The notes below the pieces were generated by a model that was given only the letters and a program-made list of their open reading frames with translations, was not told where the DNA came from and did not search any database. This document shows positions 17,999 to 23,773 of a stretch of 26,446 nt of DNA, one piece after another; the stretch's first letter is position 1, and every line of letters begins with the position of its first letter. The translations under genes and the position numbers were made by a program. This stretch comes from a virus (taxonomy: Duplodnaviria > Caudoviricetes): the IMG/VR virus record IMGVR_UViG_3300027956_000035, positions 1 through 26,446 of that record; one strand, 5' to 3'.

Positions 17999-18743
17999 AA
18001 TTCGGTAATTGTAATTTTGCTAAACCATTGTAACCGGGCCATTCGTTGAGCTGTGTGCACTGCTTCCAAGCAATGTAGTCCTCTTGATACTTTTGCCTTC
18101 CTGCTTGAATGTCGGTATCTTCAATAACGTAACACGCTACAGCAAATGGAGCGGTTTTTTCAACAGCTATGAAAACAAAACCGTCACACGGAATGTTATT
18201 AGCTTCAAGAATGTCGATGTAAAAAGCTGCTTGCACATCGTAGCGGTATTTCATTGCTGATCTACCAAACGCATACGGCGAGGCATCTTCTGTGGTTTTT
18301 AAATCCAAACAGATATTTAAAGAGGTCAGTGCATCAGGTTTACATTTTTTATCGTCGTGTGTAAAAACCTGCTCAACTTGTGTAATTTTACTCAATAACA
18401 ACCCAGCTTGTGGATGGCGACGTGCAGCCTCAGCAATACGCTCGCAGATAATTGCATCCTCAGGCGAGATAATTTCAAGCCCGTCAACTGATGCGATAAA
18501 TTCCTCATAGCGCTGTTTTCCGTCTTTTGTGCGTCGGTCTAAATTTGGAGCAATAGCATAACGCTTACCAAATTCCGACGGCTCCAATACGGCGCAATGC
18601 ACAGCGGAGCCCAATAATAACGCGGGTGTTTTTTTCTCAACGTGCCCAGGGTTTAAATAACGCTCCCAATAATGTAGGGGCGATTTGTGGATCAGGTCTA
18701 ATCCTGATTTACTGATTTTTGTTGTGTCTTTGTGATATTCCAT
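17988..18743 (-). CDS. RecE/ExoVIII-like PD-(D/E)XK exonuclease (DUF3799-like)
   Basis: 'YH...ISKSGLD', 'GSAVHCAVLEP', 'KCKPD...DLKTT', 'YRYDVQAAFY', 'FVFIAVEK', 'WPGY'. ATG at 18743 preferred; 18770 is the alternative. Confidence 0.88.
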   Translation of the reverse strand: MEYHKDTTKISKSGLDLIHKSPLHYWERYLNPGHVEKKTPALLLGSAVHCAVLEPSEFGKRYAIAPNLDRRTKDGKQRYEEFIASVDGLEIISPEDAIICERIAEAARRHPQAGLLLSKITQVEQVFTHDDKKCKPDALTSLNICLDLKTTEDASPYAFGRSAMKYRYDVQAAFYIDILEANNIPCDGFVFIAVEKTAPFAVACYVIEDTDIQAGRQKYQEDYIAWKQCTQLNEWPGYNGLAKLQLPNYGK

Positions 18744-18780
18744 GTTGCAAAATTGAGATATTTGTTTCATATTTGCAACA
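18743..18780. promoter_or_regulatory. Divergent promoter region with a 9-bp inverted repeat
   Basis: TGTTGCAAA (18743-18751) and TTTGCAACA (18772-18780). Each arm overlaps a CAnnTTTG -7-like element facing outward. This is the only divergence point in the genome. Confidence 0.55.
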
Positions 18781-18831
18781 ACGAAATGAAAATATATTAC
18801 AAAGGGGCATTGATGTCCCTCTGTGAAATAT

Positions 18832-18918
18832 AGTCAGGTGGCGGAATTGGTAACGCAATGTTTCTAGACGAAGTTCAGCCGGGGGAGGCTGTTGCAGGTT
18901 CGAATCCTGTCCTGACTA
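18832..18918 (+). tRNA. Class II (Leu-like) tRNA-like RNA with a degenerate anticodon arm
   Basis: Acceptor AGTCAGG/CCTGACT plus A73. D arm GCG-GAATTGGTAA-CGC. Variable hairpin CAGCC/GGCTG. T arm GCAGG-TTCGAAT-CCTGT. Anticodon stem poorly paired. No encoded CCA. Confidence 0.7.
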
Positions 18919-18928
18919 CGGGTGACTG

Positions 18929-18983
18929 GTTATCACTACACAAGACATGCAAAAGGAAGTGATGACGGCTCGGAAAGACGAGC
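18929..18983 (+). ncRNA. Two-hairpin structured element between the tRNAs
   Basis: 9-bp stem GTTATCACT/AGTGATGAC, then GCTCG-GAAAGA-CGAGC. Confidence 0.45.
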
Positions 18984-18988
18984 AACAT

Positions 18989-19062
18989 TGCCCTGTAGAA
19001 TAATGGCAGTTCACCTCACTTTGACTGAGGGCGTTGAGGTTCGAGTCCTCACGGGGCAACCA
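18989..19062 (+). tRNA. tRNA-Gln(TTG)
   Basis: Acceptor TGCCCTG/CGGGGCA. Anticodon arm CCTCA-CT TTG AC-TGAGG. T arm TGAGG-TTCGAGT-CCTCA. U1-A72 pair and encoded ACCA. Confidence 0.92.
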
Positions 19063-19067
19063 AACTT

Positions 19068-19361
19068 ATGTACAAAACTATATTAACCGGTAACCTGGGC
19101 GCGGATGCCACAGTAAACCAAGTAAACGCGCAAGATGGCGCACCATTCAATGTAATTAACATGGCTGTAGCCGTGCAATTGCGTAAAGATGTTACTCAAT
19201 GGGTGGATTGCGCATTTTGGCGCCGTGCTGAGCAATCTATTGGCGTTGTGGACTATTTGAAAAAGGGGCAAAAAGTACTTTTAGAAGGCGAAGTGTCGGC
19301 CGATGTTTGGGAAGGTAAACCAAAGCTAAAAATGAAAATCACAAACTTGGAATTAATATGA
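19068..19361 (+). CDS. ssb: Single-stranded DNA-binding protein (short, OB fold only)
   Basis: 'ILTGNLGADA', 'TQWVDCAFW', 'YLKKGQKVLLEG'. No acidic C-terminal tail. Confidence 0.88.
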   Translation: MYKTILTGNLGADATVNQVNAQDGAPFNVINMAVAVQLRKDVTQWVDCAFWRRAEQSIGVVDYLKKGQKVLLEGEVSADVWEGKPKLKMKITNLELI

Positions 19362-19528
19362 AGGATTTAATTGATAATTATTGCAGGCAAAACAATATAA
19401 CGCGGCAAGATTTAGCCAAAGAATTGCAAGTATCAAGAGCAACATTATACAGATGGAGTAAAAAACAACCCAATGCAGTTACGAAGTTATCAAAAATCAT
19501 CAATAATGAGCCTAAGAGAGGCGTTTAA
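19358..19528 (+). CDS. Small helix-turn-helix (Cro-like) DNA-binding protein, not in the ORF track
   Basis: 56 aa, MKDLIDNYCRQNNITRQDLAKELQVSRATLYRWSKK.... ATGA-coupled to ssb. Confidence 0.75.
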   Translation: MKDLIDNYCRQNNITRQDLAKELQVSRATLYRWSKKQPNAVTKLSKIINNEPKRGV

Positions 19529-20771
19529 AACACATAAACGGGTGTTATTTGTTCTAGCTACAGGCGGGGGCAAATCGGCCGTATTTACAGCCATTGCTCA
19601 GGCATCTAAAAAGCGAATTTTAATCCTAGCACATAGAAAGGAATTAATCGACCAAATTCAGGGGCATTTAGGCAATTACGACACCCAGCGTATCACTGTC
19701 GGAATGGTGCAAACCATTGCTAAACGCGGATGCGAAACGGAACCTGAGTTTATTATTATTGATGAGGCTCATCACGCTGTGGCGGGTTCATGGAACAAAA
19801 TAACAGAGCGTTACCCAAGTGCTTATGTGTTAGGCGTTACCGCAACACCGTGCAGATTGGATGGCAAAGGCTTAGCGGCTGCATTTGATGTGATGGTGGA
19901 GGGTGTGAAAATATCGGAGCTAATTTCTATGGGTTATTTATGTGGGGCTAAAACATATGCATCACAGCATGACCTGAGTAAAATTAAAAGTGTTGGCGGA
20001 GATTACCACAACGGGCAGTTAATGGAATACTTCAATAAATCCAAAATTACCGGGGATGCGATAACCTCGTGGAGAAAATACGCAAACGACGTGCAAACGA
20101 TTGTTTTTTGCATCAATATAAAGCACGCCGAGATAGTTATGGGAATGTTTAACTGCTTGGGGCATAAAGCGGCTGTAATTAGCTCCAAAAATAGCAAAGA
20201 GGAACGCGCGGAGATAGTGGACGCTTTTAAAACGGGCAGGATTAAATTATTAATTTCTGTGGATATAATTTCAGAAGGTTTTGACGTTCCAGAGTGTGGC
20301 GCGGTTATATTACTAAGGCCAACTAAAAGCCTATCGTTATACATGCAGCAAGTGGGCAGAGCATTAAGAACGTCGCCGGGTAAGAGTGAGGCGATAATTT
20401 TAGATCATGCGGGGAATTGTTTTAGGCACGGCATAGCAACCCAGGACCGTGAATGGGAGTTGACAACAGAGCGCGTAAAAGAGGCATCCAAGAAATGGGA
20501 TGTTAAGCATTGCGGCAATTGTTATGCTATATTTCCACCGTCATACGATAAGTGCCCTGAGTGTGGCCACGTCATACCACCGAAGCCAAAGGAAATGAAA
20601 TTAGTTGCTGGGGAGCTAGTGCCTATTGAAGAGGTCGAACTAAAAAAGAAAGAGGCAAAACGTGAGCTAGCAGGAGAAAAAACGCTTGCGGATTGGTTGG
20701 CTATTGCGGCACAGAGGGGCTATAATAAAGGATGGGCGTATCACAGATTTAACGCGAGGTTAAGGAAATGA
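19473..20771 (+). CDS. SF2 DEAH helicase with C-terminal Zn finger (RadD/UvsW-like)
   Basis: Q motif LRSYQ, TGGGKS, DEAHH, TATP, EGFDVP, QQVGRALR, CGNC...CPEC. Confidence 0.92.
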   Translation: MQLRSYQKSSIMSLREAFKTHKRVLFVLATGGGKSAVFTAIAQASKKRILILAHRKELIDQIQGHLGNYDTQRITVGMVQTIAKRGCETEPEFIIIDEAHHAVAGSWNKITERYPSAYVLGVTATPCRLDGKGLAAAFDVMVEGVKISELISMGYLCGAKTYASQHDLSKIKSVGGDYHNGQLMEYFNKSKITGDAITSWRKYANDVQTIVFCINIKHAEIVMGMFNCLGHKAAVISSKNSKEERAEIVDAFKTGRIKLLISVDIISEGFDVPECGAVILLRPTKSLSLYMQQVGRALRTSPGKSEAIILDHAGNCFRHGIATQDREWELTTERVKEASKKWDVKHCGNCYAIFPPSYDKCPECGHVIPPKPKEMKLVAGELVPIEEVELKKKEAKRELAGEKTLADWLAIAAQRGYNKGWAYHRFNARLRK

Positions 20772-20914
20772 AATTAGATTTAAAAGGATACACAGCAAAG
20801 CAATGGGCTATTTTAATACTGCGCTATGATTTTCGCTTGAGTTATCGTGAGATTGCTGAGCGCATGGGAATGAGTATAAGTGGTGTAAAACATGTAATAC
20901 AGATGAAGAAATGA
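20768..20914 (+). CDS. Small sigma70 region-4-like HTH protein, not in the ORF track
   Basis: 48 aa, MKLDLKGYTAKQWAILILRYDFRLSYREIAERMGMSISGVKHVIQMKK. ATGA overlaps at both ends. Confidence 0.75.
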   Translation: MKLDLKGYTAKQWAILILRYDFRLSYREIAERMGMSISGVKHVIQMKK

Positions 20915-21582
20915 AAACCTGCAACAGATGTAAAATAAAGCAGTCTAAAGATAATTTTAGATTGCGCTCAACGGGTTATTTATATTATTTGTGTAAGCCA
21001 TGCGAAAAAATAAACAACAGTGAGCACTACCAAAATAGCAAACCTAAGCCGATAACCGTCGAAGAAAAGAAATGCAGTAAGTGTAACAGGGTTAAGCGCG
21101 CTGGGTTATTTTATGCCAATAGGACTAGCTCAGATGGGCTGCAGTCAAGCTGCAAGCATTGTTGGAGGCAATACACCGCTGAATACACTAAGAATAAATA
21201 CAGCACTTTAAAAGCTCGCTTAGAGCGATCAGAAAAAAATAAAATGAAAATTAAGGAAACTGACATACTCCGCGAGATTTTAGAGTTGTCGCGCGGATCT
21301 GTGCGATTATTTCGCAATAATGTAGGATTTGACGCGGGCAATAAAGTGCGCTATGGATTGAAGCCAGGCAGTAGTGATTTAATCGGATGGCGCACCATTG
21401 AGATAACTGAGCACCACATAGGGCGCAAAGTCGCAGTTTTTGCTGCAATTGAAGTCAAGACGCCAACGGGGAAAGTAAAAGAGGAGCAGCAAAGGTTTGT
21501 AGATTACGTCGACGAATGCGGCGGTATAAGTGGTATTTGCCGCAGTGTTGAAGAGGCTAAAGCGCTTTTAAATTTGTCATAG
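20911..21582 (+). CDS. VRR-NUC nuclease (Holliday junction resolvase-like) with N-terminal tandem Cys4 zinc ribbons
   Basis: CNRC..CKPC and CSKC..CKHC, then 'LFRNNVG', 'GSSDLIG', 'IEVKTPTGK...QQRF'. Confidence 0.8.
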   Translation: MKTCNRCKIKQSKDNFRLRSTGYLYYLCKPCEKINNSEHYQNSKPKPITVEEKKCSKCNRVKRAGLFYANRTSSDGLQSSCKHCWRQYTAEYTKNKYSTLKARLERSEKNKMKIKETDILREILELSRGSVRLFRNNVGFDAGNKVRYGLKPGSSDLIGWRTIEITEHHIGRKVAVFAAIEVKTPTGKVKEEQQRFVDYVDECGGISGICRSVEEAKALLNLS

Positions 21583-21641
21583 GAATGTAATTAAATCGTT
21601 TATAAGTTGTTTATATCGTGGGAATGTCTCATTTTTGAAAC

Positions 21642-21920
21642 ATGGTAATAAACAAAATAATCAATTGGCTGTCGAGCGGTGAGTTTGACAGCCTTCGCTA
21701 CAAAGTGGAGATTTACTCCGCTAAAATCAGTGAGTTAATGGCAGCCAATGAGGGCTACTGTCAAGAACGTGAGCGCCTATTTCATTCGCGCATTTCGGAT
21801 CAGTCAAAGTTAATTAAACACCAGGCGGCCGAGCTTGAATACTTGCGTCATTTTGAAAAAATTGTTTTGCGCCAACGCGCACAGAAAAAAGCTTGGAATG
21901 AAAGGAAAAAAAAGAAATGA
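21642..21920 (+). CDS. Hypothetical coiled-coil protein
   Basis: 92-aa ORF preceded by a promoter-like motif and coupled to the next gene. Confidence 0.65.
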   Translation: MVINKIINWLSSGEFDSLRYKVEIYSAKISELMAANEGYCQERERLFHSRISDQSKLIKHQAAELEYLRHFEKIVLRQRAQKKAWNERKKKK

Positions 21921-22150
21921 TAGCAAAAGAGAAGGCAGAAGAATTAGTTAAGAAAATGTATTCTGTACATTCTAATTCTGCGAGTGATATTACTTTGCAT
22001 TTTGCTAAAGAGTGTGCATTGATTGCAGTTGATGAAATTCTAGAATTAACCAAAAGGAATACATATAACCCGTTTGATTGGAATGAAATAACAGGTGTAC
22101 GTTATGATAAATTTTGGACAGAAGTAAAACAAGAAATAGAAAAATTATGA
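21917..22150 (+). CDS. Hypothetical phage protein
   Basis: ATGA-coupled. 'KEKAEELV...AKECALIAVDEI...WTEVKQEIEKL'. Confidence 0.7.
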   Translation: MIAKEKAEELVKKMYSVHSNSASDITLHFAKECALIAVDEILELTKRNTYNPFDWNEITGVRYDKFWTEVKQEIEKL

Positions 22151-22377
22151 TAGACATTATTTACCTATTTGCAGCGCTCGCAATAGCCGCTCCGATAGTT
22201 TTGGGCGTTATGTATGTTGACTATTTAAAGTTTAAAAAATGGTTTGAACAACAGCAAGAGCCTGAGCCGTTTAAGTACGAAGAGCCCGTGCGCATCAGTA
22301 AGCGCCAAGCTGAAATTTTTAACAGATCAATGAGACGAATTAATAAAGAGTTAAAAGATGCAACAGTTGTTAGATAA
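22147..22377 (+). CDS. Small membrane protein
   Basis: ATG 22147 (ATGA overlap). N-terminal TM 'IIYLFAALAIAAPIVLGVMYV'. Confidence 0.65.
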   Translation: MIDIIYLFAALAIAAPIVLGVMYVDYLKFKKWFEQQQEPEPFKYEEPVRISKRQAEIFNRSMRRINKELKDATVVR

Positions 22378-22735
22378 ATGGGAGCGCCTGCGTAGGTCGG
22401 AGTATTTGCGCCCGGATGAAAAATTGATGTTAAATCATTGCATAAGTGATTTGAAGCGGTTTATGGACCATAGTGTTGATCTCAACGAAATGGTGGGGAA
22501 GCGGACAGCAGTAGAGTGGTTAATCAGCCAACTACAAAAAACAAGGGATTATCAGCGAGTAATTAACGAAGCGAATGAAAGCAGTTCATCGGTTAGGGAT
22601 GTAATTAAAGAAGCCAAAGAATTGGAGAAGGAGCAAAAAGCAGACACTTGGAATAATGCTATAAATGCAGTTGAAAAAGACAAGTGGGAATCATTTGAAC
22701 AATTTTATGATTTAACACACGGAGGTAACAAATGA
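22358..22735 (+). CDS. Hypothetical phage protein ('TAVEWL' type)
   Basis: 125-aa ORF in a tightly packed run of small genes. Confidence 0.65.
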   Translation: MQQLLDKWERLRRSEYLRPDEKLMLNHCISDLKRFMDHSVDLNEMVGKRTAVEWLISQLQKTRDYQRVINEANESSSSVRDVIKEAKELEKEQKADTWNNAINAVEKDKWESFEQFYDLTHGGNK

Positions 22736-22971
22736 AACTATACACAGAAGAACAAGTAAAACAAATGCTAATTAAGATGGATGAATTTACGCTACTGCAT
22801 ATTAACCGTCTTATGGATGAAATGACACCCATCGAACTACCAAGTGATGAGGAGATAGAAAAAGCAAATCCATTCGTGTTTGGTAGTAAGCATTTAGGAA
22901 CGAGAGATATGGACATATGGGAACTTGGCTCAAAATGGATGCGTGATAAAATACAAGGAGGTATAAAATGA
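22732..22971 (+). CDS. Hypothetical phage protein
   Basis: GGAGGT 5 nt before an ATGA-overlapping start. 'MKLYTEEQV...PIELPSDEEIE...KWMRDKI'. Confidence 0.7.
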   Translation: MKLYTEEQVKQMLIKMDEFTLLHINRLMDEMTPIELPSDEEIEKANPFVFGSKHLGTRDMDIWELGSKWMRDKIQGGIK

Positions 22972-23063
22972 TAGTACCAATAATATATTTAATCGCCTTA
23001 GTTATTTTTATCAGGGACATCGATAAGACACTCAAAGAAATGGGCAATGGAGGTAAGAAATGA
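22968..23063 (+). CDS. 31-aa membrane peptide, not in the ORF track
   Basis: MIVPIIYLIALVIFIRDIDKTLKEMGNGGKK. AAGGAGGT upstream and ATGA overlaps at both ends. Confidence 0.65.
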   Translation: MIVPIIYLIALVIFIRDIDKTLKEMGNGGKK

Positions 23064-23287
23064 TTAAGAAAACAATCACAATTAAAGGCAAATACACGGG
23101 TGATGATAAATCACACGTTAAAAAAGGAGATCCGATGTGCCTTGAATTTAGTAAAGATTATTTAAAAGCGGCCTATATGGATGACGCGTTTAAAAGACAT
23201 ATTAACAATGTAGAAAGCATAACATTAATAAAATATGTCAGGATGAAGGCAGAGAGAGTATTTTTAACAGATAGTTTATATTTATAA
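23060..23287 (+). CDS. Hypothetical protein
   Basis: GGAGGT upstream, ATGA-coupled, 75 aa. Confidence 0.6.
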   Translation: MIKKTITIKGKYTGDDKSHVKKGDPMCLEFSKDYLKAAYMDDAFKRHINNVESITLIKYVRMKAERVFLTDSLYL

Positions 23288-23505
23288 TGACCCTCCAAAT
23301 CGTTCCCGCAATCGTTAACCAAAAACAAATTTTTAGACTTTACATTAACCAGCAATTACACTCAGAACATGAGCACTACAAACTCGCACTATATACACAA
23401 ATTGAAATTGAAAATTCAATATCTAAGTCAGGAAAACAAACAACTAAGAGCCGAAATAACGGGACAGCGTCCAAACCTGAGCCATCCAGTGGGGGAGGTG
23501 ATTAA
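23287..23505 (+). CDS. Hypothetical protein
   Basis: TAATG-coupled start. The 3' part overlaps the next gene by 137 nt and is low complexity. Confidence 0.5.
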   Translation: MTLQIVPAIVNQKQIFRLYINQQLHSEHEHYKLALYTQIEIENSISKSGKQTTKSRNNGTASKPEPSSGGGD

Positions 23506-23773
23506 ATTTATTTCACACCAAACGGGTATTACACCTTCAGAGATGTTAACCAGGTCAAGACAGCGCGACATCGTAACGGCTCGAATGCTATGCATGTATA
23601 TTTTTAGAACTTACTTAAATATGCAATGGACAGAAATTGGCAGGATATTTCACCGGGATCATTCAACTGCGATACATGGGGTGACGGTTGTAAGTAACCA
23701 AAGAACGTTTGCGAAATCGTTTGAAAATAAAGTAATTGAGGCGTATGAAAGTCAGTTATTATCAGTCCATTAA
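23369..23773 (+). CDS. DnaA C-terminal (domain IV) HTH-like DNA-binding protein
   Basis: 'RSRQRDIVTARMLCMY...EIGRIFHRDHSTAIHG' matches the DnaA domain IV signature (RDHxT). No AAA+ domain. Confidence 0.82.
   Translation: MSTTNSHYIHKLKLKIQYLSQENKQLRAEITGQRPNLSHPVGEVIKFISHQTGITPSEMLTRSRQRDIVTARMLCMYIFRTYLNMQWTEIGRIFHRDHSTAIHGVTVVSNQRTFAKSFENKVIEAYESQLLSVH

Noticed and set aside
18955-18983. Hammerhead ribozyme in the tRNA spacer (TGATGA...GAAA)
   Set aside because: The core reads GUGAUGA rather than CUGANGA, stem II is essentially absent, and I could not build stems I and III with a cleavage triplet.
18919-18988. HDV-like (theta) ribozyme after the tRNA-like gene
   Set aside because: The position fits tRNA-trailer ribozymes, but I could not assemble the nested P1/P2/P3 double pseudoknot by eye. 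A motif search would be needed to exclude it fully.
17199-19528. Lysogeny module (integrase, CI repressor, att site)
   Set aside because: The divergent region encodes RecET-like genes and RNAs. No tyrosine or serine recombinase, ParA or peptidase-bearing repressor was recognised.
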